Shown: one piece after another, positions 13,861 through 27,854 of the stretch
Numbering within the stretch: the stretch's first letter is position 1
Layout of the letters: each line of letters opens with the position of its first letter
Origin: Octopus sinensis
Lineage: Eukaryota
Direction of reading: 5' to 3'
Assembly: GCF_006345805.1 (NCBI RefSeq)
Contig: NC_043018.1
Span: 17,608,001-17,672,000 of the forward strand
Length of the DNA: 64,000 nt
Made by a program: the position numbers and the translations under genes
The notes under the pieces: model-generated
Seen by the model: the letters and a program-made list of their open reading frames with translations, nothing else
Database searches by the model: none
Told to the model about the DNA's origin: nothing

Positions 13861-15990
13861 GTATTCTGATCAGAAAGCTTATCGAGAATATGTGCAAAAT
13901 ATTTTTTCTTAAATACGTTTTGTTGTTTAATTAAATTAGTGTATATATCCTCAGATACCTTTGGCACCCTGTAGAATGTATTACTTAATTCCTCTCCGAT
14001 TCTTCCCATTTTAAGGAACTCAATCGTTAATTAGTGACCGATGTCAGATATTTAAGATATTTGACATTCAAGTAATTATATTTATCCTAGAGAGTTTCGA
14101 GTTCAAATTGTACAAGGTTCTCAGTTGTATTCATATCCCTGCAGGTCTCATGAAATATATTTTATCTAAAGCAGCAGCAACAAAATGAAGTTTATTTCCA
14201 GTTGTATTTTGCACTCCATATGTTCTACAGTTTGATCCAGTAACAAATTAATAATATTTCTAATAATACTGAAAGTATAACGTAAACATTACACGAGCTA
14301 GCATTGGTATCGAGATAGATATAGACATCAAAATGTCAATAGTGTAGTAATATTATTTTGCAACAATTACATTCTAAATGAAAAGTGTTACTGTATTGAA
14401 ATTAAAAAAACATTACGAAAAACCGGAATTATCGAACGCAATAAAATTCTGAAAAAGAAAACCCAAAGAATTCTAGTGAACATAACAAGAATGCAATCGT
14501 TCGTCGTTTGAAAATAGTCATGAATAAACATGAAATTTAGCTCTGAAAATATTTTTTAAAAAACCAACTGAATTAAATGTGTAATTGAAACCAGGAATCT
14601 TAAATATTGGAAAACACATAAGGCAGTAATTGAAAATCGTAAAATGTCTAGATAAAACCAAAAATACATATATGCGTCTGTGGCTATGGTTTCTGTGCGC
14701 GTGTACGTGTTTGTGTGTGTATATGTATAACAAAATTATTCACACGTTTACCTAATTTCCACCATTTTGTTGCAAAATATTCTGTTTAAATACTCATTAT
14801 ATTTCTCAGTGCACATCGAGCAAGAAATCAGTAGGAGGCGATTTTAGTTTGAAAATATTTTTTGTTTTGTTTTAATACATACAATATAAGAACAGTCGTT
14901 TCTCGAAAATATATGACTCGAAACATACGTTTCCTAGAGATATATACAGTTCGCATGAAATGGTCAGTATATATCTAATTTTGCAATATTCCCGTGTATA
15001 CTACAGTAAAGGCGCATATAAATTATTTGAGACTGAATGTGATGTATTCTACAACACAAAACACTAGTCTAACTCTCTCGTGAACTATAAATTGTTATGG
15101 ATGTGTCTTTATAAGCTGTAATCGGGTTAGGAAAGGAATATATTTTGTGTTTAATCAGATTGAACCTCTATACATTAATACTCTAACGCACTCCTGTAGA
15201 GACGTAAAACCGCCTCTTTTACAGCATAGACATTTAACATCAGTAAGATTAATTTCTTATTGACTGATAAATTTGAGGGCGAAAACGCGCTACTTATAGC
15301 GATGTGAAATGTAACATAAATATCTTCCTTGTTAATTGTTGTCTTATAGTGGCTGTCAACAATATTATTGCTGACATAATGGCGACTGACTGACACAGTG
15401 GAAATATATCAAAGGCAAAGTAGCAGTCTTGTGGTGTTTTGTTTTCTTTTCCTTTCTTTTGGAATGCTATGCTCCACCTCGTAAACTGAAGAGCAGAAAC
15501 GATTTTTGTAAACTAATTAGGCGTGTGTGTCTAGGGAAATATATACCGGAAGTGGTTATGTTATTCTTATGAGTTTTGCGATCGGAATCTGTTTTACTTC
15601 AGTAATGTAACCTTGAGGAGTAAAAGGCCTATGTTCCAAATACAAATATAATTGCTTATTTTTGTAATTAATTCTGAATTCAATTATATCCTGTATATAA
15701 GAAACTATATTTCGTTGCGATGAACTAGCATTTTGCTAGCCGCCGGGTTTTGCTCAGTTAACAAGTGTTGTGTTGTACATGTAGGTACGTGACTTTGTAT
15801 ACATATTGCGTTGAGCTTATAGTCTGCTGCATAATAAACAATAGTTTATTTGGTTAAGAGTAAACTACAATTTTTTTTTTATTAACAAAACACTAAAGAC
15901 ACCAAAAGTAAAGACAACTAAATACTATGTCTCTGAATTGATGTGATGATACAGGAAAAGATACATAAGAAAAATATTTGAAAATCTTAC

Positions 15991-16110
15991 GTAAACAAGT
16001 TATACATAAATCGCCATGTATTCGAATCCATTCGGATTATTAATGGATTCTCATTTGTAAAAATATATGGTGTCTTGTAAATGATTGTTGTCATACGGTA
16101 ATTATAAGAA
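15991..16110 (-). CDS. Candidate internal exon (phase 2-2) of an unidentified gene
   Basis: Acceptor ctttatattcag|, donor |gtaaga, 120 nt, one open frame: SYNYRMTTIIYKTPYIFTNENPLIIRMDSNTWRFMYNLF. No homology support. Confidence 0.25.
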
Positions 16111-17689
16111 CTGAATATAAAGCATAAGACTAAATATTTATCTTGCACAGAAATATAAACAGGACTATATACATTAAATAAATTAAAATGCGATCTAATA
16201 ATCTCCGTCATATCAGAATGTAGTTGGATCTCTTTTCCAGTTCGAATATTTCGGAGTGGAAAAGAGAAACGTGATTGAGCTTCTTAAGAGCAGCAACCTA
16301 AAAATCTTACCTAGAAACACAGTGAAGACTCTTGTAGCTTTAGAGATGTAGAATCCGACAATACGCGCCTAGCATCATTTCGTTCCTTGTCCAAATATGC
16401 TCGTGTCTCAAGACGGTCAGGAATATGACCCTGTGCTGCCCAACAGAAAACAATTTTGCTTATTGATTAAGCAACTCTCGTGCAGTCTTTTGATGAACAC
16501 CACTCAGGTATTGTTTCAATATTAAATCTCTCAACCTTACAGCAATATCATTACAGTTTCCTGCATCGGCTGCACACCAATTATATACATTGATACACAT
16601 TTTAAGCTCGTTTCATAATAATATTTTCCTAATTTTTCGTATTGAGATCACACTATGTTTAACCCTACTTTATATTTAGTCGTTGCTAATAATTATATGT
16701 AAAACATCACTATAAAATTAGATTAAAATATGAGTACAAAATTACAAAATACCTTAAATTCTTTGAACAAAGATTAATGTTGTTTCATTTAACACATAAA
16801 AATGATGTACAATTAATGTTACTATTCCTGTCTTGAAACTAAAAACGCTTCATAAGAATAAATAAAACTTAATTTATTATTATAAGAGAATAAAGAATGG
16901 GATTAGCACGTTTTTACATGGAATCATAAAAGCCTAACCGTTTGGCAAAATATGGTGTTCCCTGCAAAGAGCGGAATATATAGAATAATACCTATTCTTG
17001 CGTAGAACATGAACATACATAAAATTAAGAATGCAAACCTTGCAAATTAGGCCATATTCCACATGAAAACCATGACGGCATCTGTGACCATTTAATAAAT
17101 ATGATTTGTTGTTTAAAGATGTCCGATTAACCGATATATTTATGGCGCTTGATTATATGCCGTCTAAATTTTATGTCATTTAATATCGTAATTCCCTTCT
17201 GTCGAGAGTAATTGGTCCATCAATATTTGCGGCGGTATATATTACTGGCAGCATATCTGTACAATGTCTTGGTTTATTACAATACGAAATACGTTTTGCA
17301 AACATAAACTTTGCAAAACGGTCCCTACTTACAATGCCCCGAATAAGTAAAATGGGGAAACATTTGCAAAATGCTTCATCAACGATAATAAACAAACATG
17401 TCCAATAATATTTCATAATGAGATCAAAGAAAATTCTCCATCAATCTGCACCGTTAAAAATACATATTTTTTTTATATCAGGTAATTATGGAAAATATGG
17501 TAAGCGTTTATAGGTTTACAACAGACCAATGTCGCAGTACTTCATTAGTCATAGCCATGCGAAATCACACGCACACAGATCCATTTAGATATATGTGTGT
17601 TCGTGTGTGTGTGCTTGGCTTTTGTGTTGCATTGTGTGTGTCTCAACGAACAACGTAATGATATATTTTATAAACACGCACACACACGC

Positions 17690-17783
17690 AGCCACACTCA
17701 TACACACAGGCACATACACGTGCATATATACATATGCGTGTGCGCGTGAATATATATATATATAATATATATATATATATTAT

Positions 17784-17818
<35 letters not shown>

Positions 17819-17874
17819 GCGTTCACACATAACACAAACATACACGCACTTTGAAAGAGTTGGACAAGTAAATG

Positions 17875-17934
<60 letters not shown>

Positions 17935-17943
17935 TATGGATAA

Positions 17944-17987
<44 letters not shown>

Positions 17988-17993
17988 GCAGAC

Positions 17994-18076
<83 letters not shown>

Positions 18077-18090
18077 CATACAGACATATG

Positions 18091-18167
<77 letters not shown>

Positions 18168-18181
18168 GTAGGTAGGTAGAT

Positions 18182-18216
<35 letters not shown>

Positions 18217-18245
18217 CTGATAGTGAGAAAGACAGACAGATACAC
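17690..18245. repeat. Compound (CA)n/(TA)n/(GATA)n/(GACA)n/(GGAT)n microsatellite
   Basis: Direct reading. Confidence 0.95.
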
Positions 18246-20683
18246 AGATAAATGTATTACACCAGACTTTTAAAGCATGGGCATATGAAAAATCTACGAG
18301 AAGATACATAGTTTAATATAAATATGTGTGTGTGAGTTCGTGTGTGCAAGAGAGTGTGTGTATGTGTGTGTGTGTGTCTGTGTGTGTGTCTGTGTGTGCA
18401 TACACATATGTCAGTGTGTACATCTTTATGTATTCATCGTTAATTGTATCTATTTGCGTTTTCTGTGGATATATTTCTCTTTATTCAGGCATATCAATAT
18501 TACGTGCGTCTGCCACAGTCTACACTGATGCCGCTGTACAAGACATTTCCGCTCTTAATTGTTGTCTCTTTTAATACATACACGACTGAAATAATTAATA
18601 CGGGAGATATAATCCAATACATTTCTGGAATACCATGCTGGAATATACAAGCTCATTAGTTTTCATAAACTGCCATGCTCCACCCTACTCCTACCCGATT
18701 CTTCCCGCAAATACGTATTTCTATTTAATCAATTATTTAATACTACCCTTGCTTCACAACATCAACTTTCTCTATTCAGTGGCTTTCACTCCGATACGAA
18801 TATTCCTTCACATAAAAATAGTTTGCTTCCTTTCTACTTTTCCCGCTTTACATTTACAGATAAATTTGATTTTCGGCAATTCTTGTCAATATGGAAATGA
18901 AGATAATGTCCTCCTATAGCATGAAAGCGTTACTTACAAATTGTATTCCTCCTGAACCTCTCGTTTTAAGCGTTCAATTATGATTTAAGATTAGGAATAA
19001 TTTTATTATTCATGGTTATGGACAAATAAGTCTACCTACGAGTCACAGGACGTTAAGCAATTTTGATATGCCACATTAGAAATAATAGAAAACTATATTT
19101 CTTGAATGAAATTGTATGTGATTTTTCTCGCAGAAAAAGCTTAATGTGTAGAACATATCTTCTTGAGCTTTAAATTTGATCAATACACATTAAATGATAC
19201 ATGAATAGAGAAGCAAATTCGTGTATTTGGGTAGTGTAATCGATAGCTGGAAAATACTGACTTTAGTTTAGCTGTATCCAATGAATAGAGAGGAACAGAA
19301 GACACAATATTTATTTTAACGACCATTGGTCGCACAAATAAATACAAGAGGATAAATGTAACGAGGAGGGTGTTGATATATTTATGGTTTTTAATGTCAT
19401 AAATACACCTTGCTGTCGTTCAACACTTGGAATGGTCGCTGGAAGTCGTTAGAGGTACAAGGTCTAAGCTGAGAAACTGCAAGCAAATACACTCATACAC
19501 ACACACACATACACACACGCAAACACACACGCAAACACACACATAAGAGCGCGCTTACACATATATACGTGCATATGCACACAATCACGTATAATCCAAC
19601 CGGCCATTACATTAAAGCGAAATTTTAAGATTTTACCAGTTTAAGATATTCGTTTTGATTATACAACCCAATGAAAAGAAAATCTGTTGTTCTCTTAAAG
19701 AGTCTTTTATCAAATACATAACAGTGACATACAAGACAGATTTAGCATTCGTTGGTTGCGGAATTGGCGATTTATTTCCACGAACATTATTTTATATTCT
19801 ATGAAATACGTGAAATATATTTGGTGAGCAATCGTAAATCGGTGTAATATGACTCCTCATCAAAGAATGAGCTGCCAATGAAATCGTATTTTATTTATCT
19901 TTTGAAAATCTTTTCTAAGATTAATGTGAGTAATCTTTCGTGTTTAGATATAATTTCAATAGTGTTCGAAGAATATTTCTGTCAGGAATATTGATGTTAA
20001 CACCCAATAACACGACCATAAAATGCATACATGGACGTCGGACTATTCGCACACACAAAGCATATAAAATACATGCATAGTTATAATCACACATACAATT
20101 ATTAGACGTATTCAAACACTAACACACGCAGCTAGTTGGACACACGTTGATATTCACACACATCCAATCGCGCGCACAATCCCGCGAACACGCACACACA
20201 CACACACACATACACACACACACACACACGCACATACACACACAAACGCACACAAAATACGATTGACTCTCACAATCAATTTTGATGAATGGTCACTCAT
20301 TTCTTAGCTAAATTGGACGAACAATTCGCTAAGTTTATGTATGAAGTGGTTGAGTATCTCTCAGCTACAAGTGCCTATATTATAATTCTCACGTAGAATC
20401 AGCGTGATATGCGGTTGGGTCAAAAGTTCAGTTTTTTTCAATTACAGGTACAAGATCCCTTATAGCTTCCGAACGATGCAATTCATTCAGAGAGAGAGGG
20501 ACCGAACCCGAAACTATTGTAGGGATACATGCACCTAAGTTGCTACACGTGGGAACGAAACAAAATCATGGTTGCAAAGGAGAATTGAGGCAACAACAAA
20601 TCCCGTTCAGTTGGAATGTATTGTATTGTTCTGTTTATGTCGAGTATGATTTGGCGGAAATATGGCTGCCTTACATGTTTACC

Positions 20684-21070
20684 GTGGAGGCGCAATGGCC
20701 CAGTGGTTAGGGCAGCGGACTCGCGGTCATAGGATCATGGTTTCGATTCCCAGACCGGGCGTTGTGTGTGTTTATTGAGCGAAAACACCTAAAGCTCCAC
20801 GAGGCTCCGGCAGGGGATGGTGGTGATCCCTGCTGTACTCTTTCACCACAACTTTCTCTCACTCTTACTTCCTGTTTCTGTTGTACCTGTATTTCAAAGA
20901 GCCAGCCTTGTCAATCTCTCTGTGTCACGCTGAATATCCCCGAGAACTACGTTAAGGGTACACGTGTCTGTGGAGTGCTCAGCCACTTACACGTTAATTT
21001 CACGAGCAGGCTGTTCCGTTGATTCAGATCAACCGGAACCCTCATCGTCGTAACCGACGGAGTGCTTCCA
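20684..21070 (+). mobile_element. SINE family A (tRNA-derived), full length
   Basis: A box tggcccagtgg, B box gtttcgattcc; flanking near-direct repeat acatgttt(a/g)cc (20673-20683, 21070-21080). Confidence 0.92.
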
Positions 21071-23659
21071 CATGTTTGCCCTCTGTTAAATATATTTTCT
21101 TTATGTTATGTTTCAATACACTTCGTCAACCGTTGTACGTATGTATTTTTCTCTCAACCCTCTTTTTCTTGCTCTCTTTCTCTCATTCTCTCTTTACTTC
21201 CGAACTTCAAATACTGAGTTTTCCTTTCCATTATTTCGAAGTTTATTTGTCAAGTAAGAGGGCGAATCATTTTCTCTCCTCCTCCTTCACCTGTGCTTAG
21301 CTGCTTTCCTGTGGTGGTAAACTCCTGGCTCAGACGTGCAGAGACGAGAGCACTGTTAGAAGCCTTCAAGTCGGATTTTACTACTGAGACAAGTAAAAGA
21401 GTAAAAGAGTATATCTATACATAGGTAAAGAGGTAGGCAGAAAGAGAGTAAGCCCATACAACGTAAGGTCATGGTTGTGAAATCGCACGCCACATTTCAA
21501 GACCATTCGTCTAGCAATCTTATTTTCTACTATATATCAGGTCAAATATGTCAGGTCAAACATGTTTGAACCTTCAAGAGCAACGTAAAGCTTCATGAGT
21601 CGGTATATGCACTTCGAGCCCCTTAGCTCTCTTCACTACCAGATACCAAGAGAGGCATGTCTGAAATGAATTGAAATCTTAACTTTCTTTATCAGAAATC
21701 AGTAAATATTATATACTAATTGCACAAACTGACCGCTAGGCCGAGACTGATATGTGGCGAAGTGTTCGAATAAGTGACGGGAAAAATAATCAAACTCTAG
21801 AGCAGTTCACATATGTGTAGGATATGTTGAACGTCTAATGGCTTGCACTGCAAGTTTACCTGGGGTCAAAAAGCTTAAGGATAAAAGAAGCACTAAAGGT
21901 TCAAATCTTCCAATCATATTTGAACTGATCTTAAGTCTGTTTCATTTACGCCATTGCTTCGAGTAAATAGCCGCATAGTTTCTAGCATATCATGTCAATG
22001 TGAAGGTTAACACCATTTAGCATATAATTGCTAAGTTGTTATGAAGCTATGTTGTGGAATGTAGAAAGACGCAAGCCAAGTTAACACGGTAGGATTTGGT
22101 CTTTAAATAGATTGGAATCAAAACAAAAATATTTAAAACGGAGGTCTAACCTAACTTTGGAGTTGATATTTATGCCACAGAACTACCTAAATTTACAAGA
22201 GTGATAACGGTGCGTATGTAAATGTATACTCTAGATCTCTGATTTAAATCATTCCTGTAGGAAGAACAATTTAATTATTTCGAATTAATTGCATTAATTG
22301 TAATTAATGACACTTCTCAAAATAATTAATGCTCGCATGTAGAAACAGTGATTCTATAAAAAGCGTTGGCAGCAAAAATGTGTGGCTGACTGCTTTTATG
22401 AATAGCAGACAATTAGTCACTCAATAGCTTATAAATAACATTCTATGTTACAAACTAAGAAAAGACGTCGGAAACAAACAAAACTTTAGCACAACGAAAT
22501 GTATTAATCTAATTAACTTCATCTCATACGCATGCCTGTACTTTGCATATTATTTGGATCCGCAGCTAAAGTTACATACATATTAATGAAGAGTGGATAA
22601 AGGAACCGAAAGTGTTACTGATAGTAAAACAACAAAACACATGTTCGATTCAACGGTATTCTATCAAGCCACTAGAAATAGCAACATAACTCTTTCTCGT
22701 GCCTTATCTTACTAACGTAAAACATAATTATCCCATAGATAGCTCTAGACACACATAATGGCTAAGACCACAATTGAATTCCAGATGTGAGACGAAAAAT
22801 CTTGAATAAGTTTTCTTTTCTCTTCGTGTTGATATTACTTTATTCTCTATTATGTAAATGGACTCAGTAGAAACTGACCAAAGAATCGCTTAAAAAAGCC
22901 AGGAGAAAATGTAGATGAGAGAAGAGAATATATGTGAATAATTTCCTATCTTTCGTCTTACCGTTATTTCTTTGATGTGCTTTACGACTATTTTCCGATC
23001 AATATTGAAGATTGAACAGATCGAAAAAGTTTGGTGAAAAAAACTAAAGTCGTAAAAGCTTACTTGCAAAGAAATCTTTCGGATTAGCATTTCGTAACCA
23101 AACTCATACACACACACACGCATCTAATTATGCGTTTGTGTGCGTGTATATATAGTATATACGTGGGCACGCGTCCTTCTGTATACACGTGAGGTGTGCG
23201 TGGGTTGTGCCTATGTGTGTGTTTCTGTATGTATATGTGCACGAGCGCGTGTATGTGTGTATGTGTTTAAAAGTCTGGCCATTTACCACTATTAAATTTG
23301 AAGTGAAAATGTCTGTGCTTTCAGATTATTCTCATGACTTCAGAGGAAGATAAACGAAGCATCACAGACTATATATAAAGACACACATTTCTACAATATG
23401 CATCCAGTAATGGAAACATAAATCCAGGTGAAGTATTCGTTCTATCTATTTAGAAAGGGATGTGAAATTATGCATCGATCAAGTAAATGAAATATACTTG
23501 CATAAATATTAGCAATGTACATAAAGTGGTATACATTTCTTTTTGCATATGAGATACACATCACTGTGCGCTGAACTAGACACCGGGAAACACAATAAAA
23601 TATGGGAGGTGTTGAATAATGGGCAATAGAAGAAATGTTGAAAGAAGCGGTATAGGAGT

Positions 23660-23890
23660 GGCGGCGAGCTGGCAGAAACGTTAGCACGCCGGGCGAAATG
23701 CTTAGCAGTATTTGGTCTGCCGCTACGTTTTGAGTTCAAAATCCGCCGAGGTCGACTTTCCCTTTCATCCTTTCGGCGTCGATAAATTAAGTACCAGTTA
23801 CGCACTGGGATCGATGTAATCGACTTAATCCGTTTGTCTGCCCATGTTTGTCCCCTCTGTATTTAGCCCCTTGTGGGGAGTAAAGAAATA
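23660..23890 (+). mobile_element. SINE family C, full length, 13-bp TSD
   Basis: ggtataggagtgg at 23649-23661 and 23891-23903; B box gagttcaaaatcc. Confidence 0.92.
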
Positions 23891-24124
23891 GGTATAGGAG
23901 TGGTCTAGTTACCAAATTAGAAGTCTACATATTGGTTACTAACTTAGGGACTAAAATAGCAGAAGGGTAACTAATTATGTTAGCTGTAAAATCTATGAGA
24001 CAAATTTGAGGAAAGTTTTATCACACGAACTGCGGGCCTTCCGTTAAAGCAATATGTTCCACTGAGTTTGTGAACATTCATACCATGTCAAGATTTGAAT
24101 GACCAAACTAATATAAACCAGTGT

Positions 24125-24508
24125 GTGGAGGCGCAATGGCCCAGTGCTTAGGGCAGCGGACTTGCGGTCGTAGGATCACGGTTTCGATTCCCAGACCGGG
24201 CGTTGTGAGTGTTTATTGAGCGAAAACACCTAAAGCTCCACGAGGCTCCGGCAGGGATGGTGGTGATCCCTGCTGTACTCTTTCACCACAACTTTCTCTC
24301 ACTCTTATTTCCTGTTTCTGTTGTACCTGTATTTCAAAGGGCCGGCCTTGTCACTCTCTGTGTCACGCTGAATATCCCCGAGAACTACGTTAAGGTTACA
24401 CGTGTCTGTGGAGTGCTCAGCCACTTACACGTTAATTTCACGAGAAGGCTGTTCCGTTGATTCGGATCAACCGGAACCCTCGTCGTCGTAACCGACGGAG
24501 TGCTTCCA
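24125..24508 (+). mobile_element. SINE family A, full length
   Basis: Near-identical to 20684-21070; TSD ataaacca(g/a)tgt (24113-24124, 24512-24523). Confidence 0.92.
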
Positions 24509-24686
24509 TCCATAAACCAATGTACTCATCTTCCAAGGATATAAGAAATCCTCAGTGAGTACAATATTTATCGATAATATATCAATCAACGTAGATCGTG
24601 GTGAAAAATCATGCAGGAAAAACTAAGATAATGAAGAACATGAGAGGAAATCCAGAATTACGAAATATATCTCTGTTACAATGATT

Positions 24687-24998
24687 GGGAGGCGCAATGG
24701 CCCAGTAGTTAGGGCATCGGACTCGCGGTCAGAGGATCGCGGTTTCGATTCCCCGACCGGGCGTTGTGTGTATTTATTGAGCGAAAACACCTAAAAGCTC
24801 CACGGGGCTGGCTCCGGCAGGGTGGGATGGCGAGCCGTGTTGTACTCTTTCGTCACAACTTTCTCTCACTTTCTCTCACTGTTTCTTGAGTAACGCTCCG
24901 ATGGACTGGCGTCCCTTCCAGATTGGGAGAACACATACGCCACAGAAACCGGGAAACCGGGCCCATAAGCCTGGCTAGGCTTGAAAAGGGTAACGTTT
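24687..24998 (+). mobile_element. SINE with family A head and body but a different tail (A')
   Basis: Shares sequence with family A up to caactttctctcact, then diverges to gccacagaaaccgggaaaccgggcccataagcctggctaggcttgaaaaggg. Confidence 0.85.
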
Positions 24999-25423
24999 AT
25001 CGTTTTATCGTGCAATGACTTCGTATTATAGAGTAATTGTAAGGTTGTTCTGTCGTACCAAAAACATAAAGGTATGATAAGCGAACGTCAGCAGTTCATG
25101 ATATAAGTTCTACGTTTTTTGGAACCTATAATAAGTCATAACGTGTGTCTCCATCTTTTATGCAAGAAAATACCTCTCCGCATGCGTATAAATTCCCTCA
25201 CAGAGTCTTCCCAGTTGTTTAGGTAGTTAATAAAGGCCTAGGTAATAGGTAAAAAAGTCAAGAGAGCAAAAGGACGAAGTGATGTGGAATGAGCAGTATT
25301 ACCAAGCACTAAACAGGTTTGCAAATGCATCGGTTTCCTTCTAAAATCAATAGTAATGAGTTATTCACAACCTCACGATCGTAAGCACGACGCTCTAACC
25401 ACTGAGCCACGCGTCTTCACACA

Positions 25424-25502
<79 letters not shown>

Positions 25503-25557
25503 TACATGTATTTATGTATGCATATATGCCCCTTAAGCATATATATATATATATATG

Positions 25558-25596
<39 letters not shown>

Positions 25597-25758
25597 TATA
25601 TACATACATGTATGTATATATGCCCTTATGCATTGTTATAATACATGCACGATTCATACGCACACACGAACAAACACACGCGCGTAGCGCGCGTGCTTTG
25701 GTATGGAAATCCAGGAGCAGCACTTGTCAGTTCGCAAGAAATATATAATAACTGTACT

Positions 25759-25797
<39 letters not shown>

Positions 25798-26397
25798 TTT
25801 TGCTCGTTCATATTCGCATATTTAGTATAAATATTTAAGTAAATACTTTATCATTTTGAATTTAATTGCGAATGTTTTTGTTTTGATGCTAAACTCTCGC
25901 GGGATATTTACTTTGCTTGCTTTAATTCTTAATTTGAAAACACGTTGTTTTGCAACTCTGCTAAAAATTGTCAGGTCAGCATCCGATTTCATTCGTCTTT
26001 GTTGTTCTTCTAATATCTAATAATAAATAATAACTTAGACTAGGTCTTAAGCTGTTTTCGAAGCTAAACATTATTTATGCCACTTGAGGGTTTACAAGAA
26101 GTTTTTTCTGATGACAGGACTTGAAACAATTCAAATATATCAAACAATCCGAAATTAGATTTTAATTTGAAAATGTTTGCGTCAAAAGAAAACTGCAAAA
26201 TATTCAGAAAAAAACCCAGAAAATAACATTAAATTGAATAAATACTAACATTAAATGATATAGAATCGAATAAATATTGTATAATATAAACAGAACAACT
26301 GCAAAATAGAAATAACAAACGAAATTTTCATTATGGCCAGAACAACGAACAGAAATTTAAAGCCAAAGTCATAACATAAACAACAAACAGAAGAAAA

Positions 26398-26570
26398 CGT
26401 CATCATCATCATTATCCACATCATCATCAGTGTTATCACCGTCATCATTACTATCATCAACTTCATCACCCATATCATCATCATTCGCATCATCAGCATT
26501 GTCATTACTACCATTCATATCATCATCATCATCATCATCCTCATCCTCATCATCATCATCTTTGTCATAA
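26398..26570. repeat. Degenerate (CAT)n/(ATG)n trinucleotide array
   Basis: Direct reading; explains the poly-D and poly-M ORFs at 26251-26635. Confidence 0.9.
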
Positions 26571-26574
26571 TTAC

Positions 26575-27640
26575 TGTTGTTCTTTTCTAAATATTCTAGC
26601 AATTCCAAGGAATGTTGTTTTCGTAAGTGCCCCACCCTCGTGTTTTCCTCAATTTTTGAAAAAACTAGTTTTCAAATCTGATGCTCACAGTACCAAGCGT
26701 CCCAACAACCGCAACCACTTCCACCGTTTCCATTGACCACAAATGTCCTATCTCCCATGAGAGTACTCCATACCTCTCAATCCTCAATTCTTTGTCAGTT
26801 GGAAAAGCCACATCAATCACCATAATATATGGTTTGTGATGTTCAGATTAATTGTCACATGGTTCCATAAAATCTTAGAATGGTCCGTTTCTTCAATGTC
26901 TTCTGTTTTTTCCTCATAGCATTTATTTACTCTTTCAAGACCATATCTTCTGCATAGAACGATTTTCGCAACACTGTCATGGCGTCGTTGGTATTCTTTC
27001 CGTATACCATAAGGCGGTGAGCTGGCAGAAACGTTAGCACCCCGGGCGAAATGCTAAGCGGTATTTCGTCTGCCGTTACGTTCTGAGTTCAAATTCCGCC
27101 GAGGTCGACTTTGCCTGTCATCCTTTCGGGGTCGATAAATTAAGTACCAGTTACGCACTGGGGTCGATGTAATCGGCTTAATACCTATGTCTGTCCTTGT
27201 TTGTCCCCTCTGTGTTTAGCCCCTTGTGGGTAGTAAAGAAATAAGTATTCTTTCCGTGTCAGCTTTGAGTAATGGCTGGTGATATGCCACACACTTTCTC
27301 GTTTTCCTCTACATATCCTATATTCTTCCACTGCACCTGATTCGTCAATGTTGCACTTAACATGGTTTGTTCTTGTGCTGCACAAGAATTTCAGCACTTC
27401 AATCAATTTCGTTGTCTCCTGGTTTCGCTTCCATCCATCAACACTTCTTCTGTTGCACAGTGCTTTTGTTCCTCTGTAAATCTTTCGTCTTCATTCGCAT
27501 TTATCTAAAGGCCAGCATCCCAATGCGGCGCATCAGAAGCAGCTTCGCTTTCAGTTCATTCATTTGTCACATTTCGATCTTCTCCGTTCTCAGCTTCTTC
27601 AAATATTTCCCCCGTATTCTAATTAACTCATGTAATTAAA
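26575..27640 (-). mobile_element. R4/Dong-like (RLE-type) non-LTR retrotransposon remnant, C-terminal region, interrupted by a SINE
   Basis: Minus translation TNHVKCNIDES...YRICRGKRESVWHITSHYSKLTRKEY|QRRHDSVAK...LCRRYGL...SKILW matches the zinc knuckle/RHD/KILWD region preceding the restriction-like endonuclease. Confidence 0.8.
27013..27244 (+). mobile_element. SINE family C, full length, 13-bp TSD, inserted in the R4/Dong remnant
   Basis: gtattctttccgt at 26991-27003 and 27245-27257; removing the insert restores EYQRRHD. Confidence 0.93.
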
Positions 27641-27854
27641 TCAAGGAACCTTCTAGTTAACTCAGATTCTATGTCATTCACTTAACCATTCCTTCTAATT
27701 CTAATTCTAATTCTAATTACCTCACAAATTCACAGATAATGATCCAAACATTCCCCCTTCCTTCCAATGCCCCTTTTCTCTGATTGCCCTTTCATTTTCC
27801 TCATTAGTGTTACTCGCGAGGGAACAAGTCATAACTACGACATTCACTTGTTTA

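Noticed and set aside
15724-15760. Possible second Helitron 3' end on the minus strand
   Set aside because: Hairpin is degenerate and there is no supporting internal sequence.
16241-16507. Plus-strand exon-like segment with good acceptor and donor, phase 0-0
   Set aside because: Two in-frame TAG stops, and it overlaps an equally plausible minus-strand candidate.
20684-20760. tRNA-like sequence (also 24125, 24687, 43878, 12750-12826)
   Set aside because: SINE heads: A/B boxes are present, but there is no intact acceptor stem and they continue into SINE bodies.
20762-21022. Recurrent ORF FIERKHLKLHEAPAG... (also 24209-24460)
   Set aside because: Read-through of SINE A, not a gene family.
26107-26140. 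ctgatgacaggacttgaaac, hammerhead-like (similar strings at 15487 and 37804)
   Set aside because: Stem II and/or stem I cannot be paired in register.
26251-26635. Acidic poly-Asp ORF
   Set aside because: (CAT)n microsatellite plus adjacent LINE debris.
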